DNA from: Flavobacteriales bacterium
GTDB taxonomy: Bacteria; Bacteroidota; Bacteroidia; Flavobacteriales_D; CAJJDF01
Reading direction: 5' to 3'
DNA: 64,000 nucleotides
NCBI GenBank assembly: GCA_965658995.1
Contig: CBFHVI010000001.1
Coordinates: 1,599-65,598 of the forward strand
A program made the position numbers and the translations under genes. How positions within the stretch are numbered: position 1 is the stretch's first letter; every line of letters starts with the position of its first letter. A model generated the notes under the pieces. The model was not told where the DNA came from. It did not search any database and saw only the letters and a list, made by a program, of their open reading frames with translations. This document shows, piece by piece, positions 10,427 to 19,848 of this stretch.

Positions 10427-11310
10427 GAGTTAGCTAATTTTTGTTCCATGTATTCCATAATTGATCCTGCTACATCAACTTGTGTATATCTTTCAATACC
10501 TTCCAATCCTGGAGAAGAGTTTACCTCCAGAATCAAAGGTCCTCTATCCGACTGAAGCAAATCAACTCCACAAACAGATAAGTTCATTACTTTTGCAGTT
10601 TTCACCACCAAATCAGTTTCTTCTTGAGTCAATTCAATATTCATTCCTACTCCTCCTCGATGAATATTGGAACGAAATTCACCCTCAGGAGCAGTTCGTT
10701 TCATAGCTGCAACTACTTTTCCACCTACCACAAACGCCCGCACATCTTTTCCCTTTGACTCACTGATGTATTCCTGAATTAAGTATTTGATGTTTTGTTT
10801 ATTAAACGTATCCAAATATTTTCTCGCATCTATCTCTGTTTCAGCTAAAAAAACTCCGAGTCCTTGTGTACTCTTAAGATGTTTAATAATTAATGGGACT
10901 CCGTTTACCTGATCCATCATATAGGGAATATCGGATTGATGTAGGCTAGGAAAATATGTTTTTGGAACCTCGATATCACTAAATACTAAGTTCTGTGAGG
11001 CTCTTAATTTATCTCTAGATTTAAGCAGTCCATTGGCAGTCACCACTGTTTTTACTTTCATCATTTCGAATTGACGCACCACATTGGAACCAATAAATGT
11101 GGAAGAAGCTCCAATTCTGGGAATAATAAAATCGGGGGTATCAAGTTTTTTACCTTGATAGTAGATGTGAGATCCTGTTCCGATTTTTAGCTCGCACCTC
11201 GAGTGATCGATAATATGTACGGTATGTCCTCGCTTGAGAGCTGCTTCCTGTAACCGAGAAGTTGAATAAGACCCTTTGTTACGGGAAAGAATATAAATAA
11301 GCATATGCAC
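10423..11310 (-). CDS. rimK: RimK-family ATP-grasp alpha-L-glutamate ligase
   Basis: Motifs IIPRIGAS, SRDKLR, QEYI, DVRAFVVGGKVVAAMKR, FRSNIHRGG, GVDLL and LEVNSSPGLEGIE. Confidence 0.88.
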   Translation of the reverse strand: MHMLIYILSRNKGSYSTSRLQEAALKRGHTVHIIDHSRCELKIGTGSHIYYQGKKLDTPDFIIPRIGASSTFIGSNVVRQFEMMKVKTVVTANGLLKSRDKLRASQNLVFSDIEVPKTYFPSLHQSDIPYMMDQVNGVPLIIKHLKSTQGLGVFLAETEIDARKYLDTFNKQNIKYLIQEYISESKGKDVRAFVVGGKVVAAMKRTAPEGEFRSNIHRGGVGMNIELTQEETDLVVKTAKVMNLSVCGVDLLQSDRGPLILEVNSSPGLEGIERYTQVDVAGSIMEYMEQKLANS

Positions 11311-11375
11311 TATAGATTTAATGCAATTTCAACTTTTTTTTGGAGTTTGCAAAATATTGCTAACAAATAATATAA

Positions 11376-11672
11376 TTACAAAAAAGGTTGTATCTCATTC
11401 ATTATTTGCTCAGCGGGCATCACACCAGATTTTCGCCAAACTACTTGCCCTTTTTTGAACAATACGAGTGTAGGGACTCCTCTTACATTAAATCTATTTG
11501 CGGCTGCTTGATTTTTGTCAACATCAATTTTTACCACCGTAATTTTATCTTCCAAACCATTTTTTACTTGTTTCAAAATGGGAGACATAGCCTGACAAGG
11601 ACCACACCAAGTAGCATAGAAGTCTGTTAAAACCGGCGTTTCTCCATTTATTAATTTAATGAAATTTCCCAT
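11376..11672 (-). CDS. trxA: thioredoxin
   Basis: DFYATWCGPC active site; 98 aa. Confidence 0.92.
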   Translation of the reverse strand: MGNFIKLINGETPVLTDFYATWCGPCQAMSPILKQVKNGLEDKITVVKIDVDKNQAAANRFNVRGVPTLVLFKKGQVVWRKSGVMPAEQIMNEIQPFL

Positions 11673-11674
11673 AA

Positions 11675-11944
11675 TTAATTAGCCATTCTACCAACCATGC
11701 AACTCACATAGGATTTTGCTTTTTTTATCGTTGAATTCATTTCTTCTTCCAAAGGGTAGCCCACATTATCCAGAGCTACTCTCACTTTAGCAGCACTATC
11801 TTCGTTTCCCGAAAAAGAAACACTCGACTCTTCAATATTCACTTCAACAGAATGAACATTTTCTAGAGAATCTAACTTTTTAGTGATGGTTGAAGCACAA
11901 CCACTACATTTCAAGTTTTGAATAGTAAATTGATACGTTTTCAT
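11675..11944 (-). CDS. heavy-metal-associated (HMA) domain protein
   Basis: NLKCSGC metal-binding motif. The start ATG overlaps the upstream stop (TAATG). C-terminal KAKSYVSCMVGRM. Confidence 0.82.
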   Translation of the reverse strand: MKTYQFTIQNLKCSGCASTITKKLDSLENVHSVEVNIEESSVSFSGNEDSAAKVRVALDNVGYPLEEEMNSTIKKAKSYVSCMVGRMAN

Positions 11945-13359
11945 TATAATAAGGTTGTTGGACATACATATTCAGTTAAAGCAATTCCCGACTTTTTAAT
12001 TGCACCAAATCCTCCTCTTACATCTGTTACATTTTTTACACCATTTCTTTTGAAAATAGAAGTAGCAATTAATGAACGATACCCGCCAGCACAATGCAGA
12101 AAGTACTCTTTTTCTGGGTCAATTTCGGCAAAGTTTTGATTGATTGAGTCCAATGGAAAATTCTCAATTCCAACAACATGCTCCGACAAAAACTCACTTT
12201 CTTTTCTTACATCTAACGGCTGCTCCATAGACTTAGTTTCAAAGTTTGATTTAAATTCTTCTGCCGAAATAGAACGTATACTATCTACTTCATATCCTGC
12301 GCTAATCCACGAATCGAAACCGCCTTTCAAATAACCTTGAGAATTATCGTACCCCACTCGTGCCAATCTCATCACCACTTCTTGTTCTCTGCCTTCATCA
12401 GCAACAATGATTATTTTTTGAGCTATATCAACAATCAAGGCTCCTACCCATGGGGCAAATCCTCCATCAATTCCTATCCAAATTGCTCCTGGAATTGTTC
12501 CTTTTTGAGTGTACTCCGTTCCTTTTCTTGTATCCAATACCAAATACGATGAATCTTGACTCATTTCTTTGAATGAAGCGGCATCAATTGGGGTTAGTCC
12601 ATCCGAATAGATGTCGTCAATAGATTTATTTACGGCTTTATTCATTCCTGCATTTTTCGGAAAATACTGAGGCGGTGGTTTAATTCCTGTGGTTAACTCC
12701 ACAATAAACTCCTCTTTTGTCATGTCTGCCCTCAACGCGTAGTTTGTTTTCTTTTGGTTTCCTAATGTATCCCAAGTTTCTTTGCTCATGTTCTTTCCAC
12801 ACGCACTACCTGCTCCATGATTAGGGTATACAATAGTATCATCAGATAATGGCATTATTCTATTTCTCAACGAATCGAAAAGATGACCTGCCAAATCTTT
12901 TTCGGTAAGGTCAGATTTGATGGCTAAATCTGGTCTTCCCACATCCCCTATAAACAAAGCGTCACCACTAAATAAATACTTTTTGTTTTCCTTGTTATCT
13001 TCTAGATAATAAGAAGAAGATTCCATGGTGTGTCCTGGAGTATGAATTAATTTGAGCTCGGCATCCCCTATTTTGAATAGTTCGTTATCTGTTCCTTCGT
13101 GAAAATCGTAGTTAGCTGTTGCTCCTGGTCCGTAGACAATTGTAGCCCCAGTTTTGTTCGCTAAATCTACATGCCCAGAAACAAAATCTGCATGAAAATG
13201 AGTGAGAAATACATACTTAATTTTTGCATTGTCATTTTTTGCTCTTTCCAAATAAGGTTCTACTTCTCTCAAAGGATCTATAATTGCTGCTTCTCCATTT
13301 GATTCAATGTAGTAAGCCATTTCGGCTATACATGAGGTAAATATTTGTTCTACTTTCAT
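11944..13359 (-). CDS. MBL-fold persulfide dioxygenase-like protein fused to two rhodanese domains
   Basis: MBL motifs THFHADFVSG, HTPGHT, GDALFIGDVGRPDL and PNHGAGSACG. The second rhodanese domain carries the active loop HCAGGYRS. Confidence 0.88.
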   Translation of the reverse strand: MKVEQIFTSCIAEMAYYIESNGEAAIIDPLREVEPYLERAKNDNAKIKYVFLTHFHADFVSGHVDLANKTGATIVYGPGATANYDFHEGTDNELFKIGDAELKLIHTPGHTMESSSYYLEDNKENKKYLFSGDALFIGDVGRPDLAIKSDLTEKDLAGHLFDSLRNRIMPLSDDTIVYPNHGAGSACGKNMSKETWDTLGNQKKTNYALRADMTKEEFIVELTTGIKPPPQYFPKNAGMNKAVNKSIDDIYSDGLTPIDAASFKEMSQDSSYLVLDTRKGTEYTQKGTIPGAIWIGIDGGFAPWVGALIVDIAQKIIIVADEGREQEVVMRLARVGYDNSQGYLKGGFDSWISAGYEVDSIRSISAEEFKSNFETKSMEQPLDVRKESEFLSEHVVGIENFPLDSINQNFAEIDPEKEYFLHCAGGYRSLIATSIFKRNGVKNVTDVRGGFGAIKKSGIALTEYVCPTTLL

Positions 13360-13414
13360 TTCAGTGTATTTTTAATTTTATAATTCAAAGTTAGTTCTAT
13401 TCAATTTATGTCTC

Positions 13415-13430
13415 AGTAACAATTGTCACA
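13415..13430 (-). promoter_or_regulatory. putative activator site TGTGAC-AATT-GTTACT, 21 nt upstream of -7 element TAACTTTG (13393-13386)
   Basis: Near-perfect palindrome with the same spacing as the sites at 5095 and 14295. Confidence 0.7.
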
Positions 13431-13449
13431 AAAATGGATAAGGTTTAAC

Positions 13450-14247
13450 TTACTCTAACACAAACTCCATGTAAGCAATAAAGGCTGCCATGGCAAAAAC
13501 AAAATACCCAAAGCCTTTTTTTAACTTTCGTCCATCGACAAAATTTGTAAGATAAGTTCCCACAAATATACCTATTAAAGATAGGAATGTAAAGCTAAAT
13601 ATAAACGACCAATCTATTTCTATTGTTAAGGCATCTCCCAGAAAAAAACCAAGGATAGAATTTCCTGCTATGATAATTAGCGAAGTTGCCACAGCTTTTT
13701 TCATTTCTAAGTGCGCCAGAATGACCAGGGATGGAATGATTAAAAAGCCTCCTCCTGCCCCAACAAAACCAGTTAAAATTCCAATTAGTAATCCTTCAAT
13801 AGCTATCAAGGGATAATTAAGAGTAGATTGTGGTTTTGAGCGTGTCTCTTTCCTTCCTTTTATCATAGAAACTCCAGCCGGAATCATTAACAAAGCAAAT
13901 AATCCAAACATTGCCATTCTTCGGGTAAACTCGAATTCGTTTATTTGAAACAATACTTCTGGAAGAGAAGGAACCAAATACTTTCTTGCAACAGTTACAG
14001 CTACTATGGCAGGGAGGCCAAAAATAAGAGCTATTTTCCACTTTACCAATCCGTTTTTGCTTTTCTTGATTCCACCCACTAGTGCCGATACTCCTACTAC
14101 AAATAAGGAATATGCAGTAGCGAATTGTTCATTTATACCAAAAATATATGCAAATATTGGTACAGCCAAAATAGAACCTCCTCCTCCAATTAAACCCAAT
14201 GAAACTCCTATAAAAAATGCACCTAAGTAACCTACTATCTCTATCAT
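13450..14247 (-). CDS. TauE/SafE family sulfite exporter
   Basis: Repeated glycine motifs GLIGGGGSIL and GFVGAGGGFLIIP; multiple transmembrane helices. Confidence 0.9.
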   Translation of the reverse strand: MIEIVGYLGAFFIGVSLGLIGGGGSILAVPIFAYIFGINEQFATAYSLFVVGVSALVGGIKKSKNGLVKWKIALIFGLPAIVAVTVARKYLVPSLPEVLFQINEFEFTRRMAMFGLFALLMIPAGVSMIKGRKETRSKPQSTLNYPLIAIEGLLIGILTGFVGAGGGFLIIPSLVILAHLEMKKAVATSLIIIAGNSILGFFLGDALTIEIDWSFIFSFTFLSLIGIFVGTYLTNFVDGRKLKKGFGYFVFAMAAFIAYMEFVLE

Positions 14248-14294
14248 ATGATGTTATTCTTGATACAAAATTAGGTTGAATTTTATTCGATAGA

Positions 14295-14310
14295 TGTAAC
14301 CTTAGTTACA
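14295..14310 (-). promoter_or_regulatory. putative activator site, perfect palindrome TGTAAC-N4-GTTACA, 21 nt upstream of -7 element TAATTTTG (14273-14266)
   Basis: Perfect 6-4-6 inverted repeat upstream of tauE. Confidence 0.72.
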
Positions 14311-14312
14311 AA

Positions 14313-14346
14313 AAAAAAGTCTTTCGGATAACAGAAAGACTTTTTT
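14313..14346 (-). terminator. intrinsic terminator after the Cys-rich gene
   Basis: Hairpin AAAAAAGTCTTTC-N8-GAAAGACTTTTTT flanked by A/T tracts. Confidence 0.7.
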
Positions 14347-14367
14347 ATAATTGATAACCTGATTATT

Positions 14368-14715
14368 TTATTTCTTTACTTTTGAAGACTTGTCACATTT
14401 CCCTTTGCTCTTTGAAGAACAACAAGCTTTTTTCTCTTCGGTTGGTTTATTATTTTCAGTGCTCGTTTGCGCCTTATCTGCTTTGCAACAAGCCTTTCCC
14501 TTCATCGCGGTGCAGGCTTTTTTTGATGAACTTTTTGCCTCTTCGTTCTTTTTGGCACAACAGTCCTTCTTGCAGTCTTTTTTACAGCTATCTGTTTTTT
14601 CATTAATTTCTGTAATAGTCGTTGTCGAAAAATCGGTAGAAACAGTATTTACTGAAGCTAACGATAGCGAAACGGTAAAGAAAGAAAGAGTTAAGGTGAT
14701 TAAAATGTTTTTCAT
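14368..14715 (-). CDS. exported Cys/Lys-rich small protein (metallothionein-like composition)
   Basis: Signal peptide MKNILITLTLSFFTVSLSLA; 10 Cys in CKKDCKKDCC, KKAC, KACC, KKACC and KGKC; followed by a terminator. Confidence 0.65.
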   Translation of the reverse strand: MKNILITLTLSFFTVSLSLASVNTVSTDFSTTTITEINEKTDSCKKDCKKDCCAKKNEEAKSSSKKACTAMKGKACCKADKAQTSTENNKPTEEKKACCSSKSKGKCDKSSKVKK

Positions 14716-14781
14716 TGTTTTATTTTTTTAAAATGTTTTACTAAGCTACTAATTTTTAATTAGCTAAAAACTCAAAAAATG

Positions 14782-15435
14782 TTAAAATTCTGCTATTGTT
14801 GTGAGTGAGCCTTGAACTTTATCTTGAAGTTGAGCGACAATCTTACTGTTTAAAGGAAGAAATAAGTCTATTCGTGATCCAAATTTGATGAATCCAAATT
14901 CTTCACCTTGTTTACAACTTTCTCCTTCTTTCGAATACGTGACAATACGTCTGGCTACTGCGCCTGCAATCTGTCTTACCAAAATTTCTTGTCCTTCTTT
15001 ATTTTCTAACACCAACGTGCTTCTTTCGTTAAATGTAGAGGATTTTGGATGCCAGGCAACCAAATATTTTCCAGGATGATATTTATAGTAATTCACCTTC
15101 CCGTTAATCGGATACCATTGTGCATGTACATTTAAAGGTGACATAAAAATTGAAACTTGAATTCTCTCGTCTTTAAAATATTCTGGTTCGTGAACCTTTT
15201 CTATGATGACCACTTTTCCGTCTGAAGGCGCAATTATTTTATTGTCATCGATTACAGGAGTTCTGGGTGGCATTCTAAAGAACCAAATGATAAGCCCAAA
15301 TAGCACGATTCCCATAATGGCGAGAATCAGAACTATCCATTTGATTGGTATCAATGAATTCAGCAAGGCCAAAAGTCCTAATATTATAAGTGCAGATAAA
15401 ATAATTACACTCGTTCCTTCTTTGTTTAATTTCAT
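14782..15435 (-). CDS. psd: phosphatidylserine decarboxylase proenzyme
   Basis: Motifs APSDGKV, SIFMSPLNVH, QIAGAVARRI and the FGS self-cleavage site (GFIKFGSR). Confidence 0.92.
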   Translation of the reverse strand: MKLNKEGTSVIILSALIILGLLALLNSLIPIKWIVLILAIMGIVLFGLIIWFFRMPPRTPVIDDNKIIAPSDGKVVIIEKVHEPEYFKDERIQVSIFMSPLNVHAQWYPINGKVNYYKYHPGKYLVAWHPKSSTFNERSTLVLENKEGQEILVRQIAGAVARRIVTYSKEGESCKQGEEFGFIKFGSRIDLFLPLNSKIVAQLQDKVQGSLTTIAEF

Positions 15436-15436
15436 C

Positions 15437-16264
15437 TTAAATCCAAAATAAATAACACATTACTAGGGGTGCACTAAACACAATCCCATCAAACCGGTCT
15501 AATATTCCTCCGTGTCCGGGTAGTATATTTCCCGAGTCTTTTAATCCGACTTTTCTTTTTAGCATAGATTCACTCAAATCTCCTAAAAACCCGAATAAAC
15601 TTACAATGACTGCCATTCCAGTCCACAAATAACGTGAACTTTCGGTAATATACGAAATTAAAAATCCTGCTATTAATGAAAATACAACACCTCCAATAAC
15701 TCCTTCCCATGTTTTTCCGGGAGAAATTGCGGGAACTATCTTATGTTTTCCTAGTAGCTTACCCGTGACGTAGGCCATTGAATCGCTTGTCCACAGAATA
15801 ATGAAATAGCCAAGTAACATATATCGACCATTCAACATCCCAATCTTGATTGAAAAATCTGTGTTGGTTACAAGCACGATTAGTGATATAAACGGTACAA
15901 AAACGTAAAGAAACGCGAACATCATTTCAGTGATATACTTAAATTGATTCTGCTTGGTGGTAAACAATTCGTAAATAAAAAACACAAAAATGAGTGGAAT
16001 AAGCAGTAAGATCCACTGCAATTGTATTACTTCTTGGAGTATAAAGAAAGAGAGAATATAAGCGCTCCCTAATGTTATTAACTTACTTGCTACACCTAAT
16101 GTGGGCTGTTTGCCTTGATTAAAAAGTTTAGTTAACTCTATGGATGCTAACAACATACAAATTAAAAACAACAATCCCGCTGAATAAGAGCTCCAGAGTA
16201 TACAAAACACAAGGGCAGCCACAAAAAGGCTGCCCGTAATTATTCTTTGAGTTAAATTAATCAA
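15437..16264 (-). CDS. cdsA: phosphatidate cytidylyltransferase
   Basis: Motifs SPGKTWEG and GDLSESMLKR...KDSGNILPGHGGILDRFD. Confidence 0.93.
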   Translation of the reverse strand: MINLTQRIITGSLFVAALVFCILWSSYSAGLLFLICMLLASIELTKLFNQGKQPTLGVASKLITLGSAYILSFFILQEVIQLQWILLLIPLIFVFFIYELFTTKQNQFKYITEMMFAFLYVFVPFISLIVLVTNTDFSIKIGMLNGRYMLLGYFIILWTSDSMAYVTGKLLGKHKIVPAISPGKTWEGVIGGVVFSLIAGFLISYITESSRYLWTGMAVIVSLFGFLGDLSESMLKRKVGLKDSGNILPGHGGILDRFDGIVFSAPLVMCYLFWI

Positions 16265-16276
16265 TTCTAGTCTGTT

Positions 16277-18280
16277 TTATTCTTCTTCGTCTTTATTTTG
16301 ATCCACAGCATTCATTTCAGCCGCTTTCTTTTCTAGAGCTGCCAAAGGTTCTTCCTTTTTAAAGGGTCTTTCTCCAAGAATCTTTTCTAAATCTTCTTTA
16401 AAAATAACTTCCTTCTCAAGCAATAATTCTGCAATTTCCGTCAATTTGTCCTTGTTTTCAGAGAGTATTTTTTGAGCTCTCACATATTGCTGCTCAATCA
16501 TTTTGCTTACCTCTTCATCAATAACTTGAGCTGTGGTATCGCTGTATGGCTTCGTAAATCCGTTTTGGTCGTAGTTGTAATAACTCAAATTACCAACTTT
16601 TTCGTTTAGCCCATACATGGTAACCATTGCGTAAGCTTGCTTAGTCACTTTCTCAAGGTCGCTTAGGGCTCCTGTAGATATTTCACCAAATACTATTTGC
16701 TCAGCGGCTCTTCCTCCCATGGTTGCACACATTTCATCCAGTAAATGATCCGTTGTTGTGAGTTGTCTTTCCTCTGGAAGGTACCAAGCAGCACCTAAAC
16801 TTTTTCCTCTAGGAACAATCGTTACTTTTATCAGTGGTGAAGCATGCTTAGTTAACCAGCTCACGGTCGCATGACCCGCTTCGTGGAAAGCAATTTTTTT
16901 CTTTTCTGACTGAGTTATTAATTTATTCTTTTTCTCCAAACCACCAATCAACCTGTCCACAGCATCTAGAAAATCTTGTTTATCAACAAAATCTTTCTTT
17001 TTTCTTGCAGCAATTAATGCCGCCTCGTTACATAAATTGGCTATGTCGGCTCCTGAAAATCCGGGAGTTTGTTTTGCCATAAATTCGATGTCAAATTCAT
17101 GTTCAAGTTTTAGCGGTTTCAAGTGAACTTCGAAAATTTCTTTTCGTTCGTTCAAATCAGGCATCTCTACATTGATTTGTCTATCGAAACGGCCTGCTCT
17201 CATCAAGGCTTTATCCAAAATATCGGCTCTGTTTGTTGCCGCCAATATAATTACTCCACTATTCGTTCCAAAACCATCCATTTCGGTAAGCAATTGATTT
17301 AGCGTATTTTCTCGTTCATCATTGCTTCCCATATTGGGGTTATTCCCTCTAGCTTTACCGATGGCATCTATTTCATCTATAAAAATAATACAAGGCGATT
17401 TTTCCTTTGCTTGCTTGAATAAGTCTCTTACACGAGAAGCACCTACACCCACAAACATTTCAACAAAATCTGATCCTGACATAGAAAAGAAAGGTACTTT
17501 GGCCTCCCCAGCAACTGCTTTTGCTAACAAAGTTTTACCAGTTCCTGGCAACCCAACCAATAAGGCTCCTTTCGGAATTTTCGCTCCCAAACTCGTGTAT
17601 TTTTTTGGGTTTTTAAGGAAATCAACAATTTCTTGAACTTCTTCCTTAGCACCCTCCAATCCGGCAACATCTTTGAAGGAAACATTGACATTTTTTCCCT
17701 TTTCAAATAGTTTGGCTTTGGATTTTCCGATATTGAAAATTTGGCCACCGCCTCCGCCACCACCTACTCCACCGGTCATTCTTCTCATTATGATTACCCA
17801 AACTAAAATAATAGCTACAACAAAAAGTAAAGATCCAACCCAGCTGTAGTCCTCTTGTACTCCAAATTTAATAGTGAATTGTTTCTCTCCAGGTAGGTTG
17901 TTATTTAATTCCTTTAATTCTTTGTAAAAATCTTCTGAGGGAGGAGCATCAAATACAAAGTGAGGGGCTGTTTGATTGAACATCGTTGGCTTTCTAAATG
18001 ATTTATAATCATCATTATTTGCAATTGCCTCGCTTGTCAATCTTACCTCTGCCTTTCCGGTATTTTTAATGTAAGTGATTTTTTCAACTTCCCCGTTCCG
18101 AGCCATCTCCTGAAACTTGTAATTGTCGATTACACCTTTTCCAGTTGCTGATCCTCCCATTAAACTAAAACCAACTATTGCAACTATTGCAATTCCATAA
18201 ATCCAATAAAAATTGAATTTTGGTAGGTTATTCTTGTTTTTTGAATTTTTTGGCGGAGTTTTTCTATTGTTCGTTGCCAT
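16277..18280 (-). CDS. ftsH: ATP-dependent zinc metalloprotease FtsH
   Basis: Two transmembrane helices, Walker A GLPGTGKT, Walker [12 protein letters not shown] and HEAGH zinc motif. Confidence 0.96.
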   Translation of the reverse strand: MATNNRKTPPKNSKNKNNLPKFNFYWIYGIAIVAIVGFSLMGGSATGKGVIDNYKFQEMARNGEVEKITYIKNTGKAEVRLTSEAIANNDDYKSFRKPTMFNQTAPHFVFDAPPSEDFYKELKELNNNLPGEKQFTIKFGVQEDYSWVGSLLFVVAIILVWVIIMRRMTGGVGGGGGGGQIFNIGKSKAKLFEKGKNVNVSFKDVAGLEGAKEEVQEIVDFLKNPKKYTSLGAKIPKGALLVGLPGTGKTLLAKAVAGEAKVPFFSMSGSDFVEMFVGVGASRVRDLFKQAKEKSPCIIFIDEIDAIGKARGNNPNMGSNDERENTLNQLLTEMDGFGTNSGVIILAATNRADILDKALMRAGRFDRQINVEMPDLNERKEIFEVHLKPLKLEHEFDIEFMAKQTPGFSGADIANLCNEAALIAARKKKDFVDKQDFLDAVDRLIGGLEKKNKLITQSEKKKIAFHEAGHATVSWLTKHASPLIKVTIVPRGKSLGAAWYLPEERQLTTTDHLLDEMCATMGGRAAEQIVFGEISTGALSDLEKVTKQAYAMVTMYGLNEKVGNLSYYNYDQNGFTKPYSDTTAQVIDEEVSKMIEQQYVRAQKILSENKDKLTEIAELLLEKEVIFKEDLEKILGERPFKKEEPLAALEKKAAEMNAVDQNKDEEE

Positions 18281-18285
18281 ATTCT

Positions 18286-18654
18286 TTAGTCTTCTATGTT
18301 AATTAATTTCGCATCAGCCCACAATCCCTCAATGTCGTAATGGTCTCTCGTTTCTTTGTAAAATACATGAACCATAACGTTCACATAATCCAACAAAATC
18401 CACAAGGAATTATCACTTCCTTCTTTGTGATAGGGTTTTTCGTTTAATTGTTGGCTTGTTTCTTTTTCTACAGATTTTGCAATTGAATCCACCTGAGTAT
18501 TGGATTCTCCATGACATATTACAAAATAATCTGTTACTGAGTTAGGGATATCTCTGAGGTCAACACACACAATGTTGTGAGCCTTTAACTCTTTCATTCC
18601 TTCTACGATAGTGTCCACTAATTGCTTAGTGTATTGAGTTGTTTGTTTATTCAT
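18286..18654 (-). CDS. rsfS: ribosome silencing factor
   Basis: Motifs DYFVICHG and WILLDYVNVMVHVF...RDHYDIEGLW. Confidence 0.92.
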   Translation of the reverse strand: MNKQTTQYTKQLVDTIVEGMKELKAHNIVCVDLRDIPNSVTDYFVICHGESNTQVDSIAKSVEKETSQQLNEKPYHKEGSDNSLWILLDYVNVMVHVFYKETRDHYDIEGLWADAKLINIED

Positions 18655-18761
18655 TTATTTTTTTTCGCTCCGTAAACTTACTACAAATTTTCAAGTTGTG
18701 CAGTGTAAGATTTTCCTTTTTAAATGATTGTTGTCAGTGAATTGATACTTACATTTATACC

Positions 18762-19535
18762 ATGAATGCATTTGGAGCAACTATTCCGGATAAAATTGGA
18801 CACACAATCACAGAACTCGAATCTGTGGACTCTACTAACAATTACCTTTCCAAACTGGCAAATGAGACAATTGTGGAACATGGGTCGGTAATTTTGGCAC
18901 ATTATCAGACAAATGGCCGAGGACAAAGAGGAAATACTTGGGCGAGTGAATCTGGGAGTAATCTAACTTTTAGTTTATTCTTAGATACGTCATTTTTAAA
19001 ATTGTCTCAAAACTTTCTGTTAAGTATGATGGTGTGTAATTCGGTTCATGAGTTGATTTCGAACTACACCGATAAATCAGAGATAAAATGGCCCAATGAT
19101 TTGTTGATTGAGCGAGAGAAAGTGTGCGGAATTTTAATTGAAAACTCCATTCAAAAAAATCACATGAGCAAATCGATTGTTGGTATTGGACTCAATGTTT
19201 CTCAGCGACAATTCGCAAAAAAAAACAGCGCTACTTCTCTTCAAATCCACTCGAACAAAAAGCTGGATAAAAAAGAAGTTTTGAAAAAGCTTCTTACGAT
19301 TTTAGATAAGAATTATACGATTTTGTCCCAAGGAAATCAATTGGCAATAAAAAATTATTATTACGAACACCTAAAGGGGTACAAAACTGAATTGCCTTAT
19401 GAATGGACAGATTCAAAGGAGCGATTTATTGGAGAAATATTGGAGGTTGAGGATACAGGATTAATAAGAATGAAGATCAATCAAAAGAAAATTAGGATGG
19501 TTGAATTGAAAGAGATTAGGTTTCTAGCCAACTGA
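18762..19535 (+). CDS. birA: biotin-[acetyl-CoA carboxylase] ligase (no HTH domain)
   Basis: Motifs DSTN, QTNGRGQRGNTW, KWPND and KVCGILIE. Confidence 0.92.
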   Translation: MNAFGATIPDKIGHTITELESVDSTNNYLSKLANETIVEHGSVILAHYQTNGRGQRGNTWASESGSNLTFSLFLDTSFLKLSQNFLLSMMVCNSVHELISNYTDKSEIKWPNDLLIEREKVCGILIENSIQKNHMSKSIVGIGLNVSQRQFAKKNSATSLQIHSNKKLDKKEVLKKLLTILDKNYTILSQGNQLAIKNYYYEHLKGYKTELPYEWTDSKERFIGEILEVEDTGLIRMKINQKKIRMVELKEIRFLAN

Positions 19536-19670
19536 TCTTTTTAGTGTTAATGTCCTGAGTGGAACTCTCATTCACCATTGGATTTTCGCTTTTGAGATTG
19601 CTACCGAAGTGTATATTAAGCATTTATCGAAAGACTGGAATGACATCATAATTGATTCATCTTACCATTC

Positions 19671-19695
19671 AGATTCCTGCCTTCGCAGGAATGAC
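19671..19695. repeat. REP-like extragenic palindrome (GATTCCTGC-CTTC-GCAGGAATGAC)
   Basis: Perfect 8-bp stem with a 4-nt loop and an ATGAC tail, between convergent genes; decayed look-alikes nearby. Confidence 0.6.
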
Positions 19696-19790
19696 AATTC
19701 ACAATATTCTTCTATTTTATTCCTCAATTTCTTGAGTTGAGATTATCAACGTTCGCATGAAAGACAAGATGAAAATATTAAATAGTGATA

Positions 19791-19826
19791 AAAAAAATCC
19801 CCAACTGATTTTATCAGTTGAGGATT
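19791..19826 (-). terminator. intrinsic terminator of lpdA
   Basis: CAACTGAT/ATCAGTTG stem with a U tract on the minus strand. Confidence 0.7.
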
Positions 19827-19848
19827 ACAATTAACTCCATTATTAATT

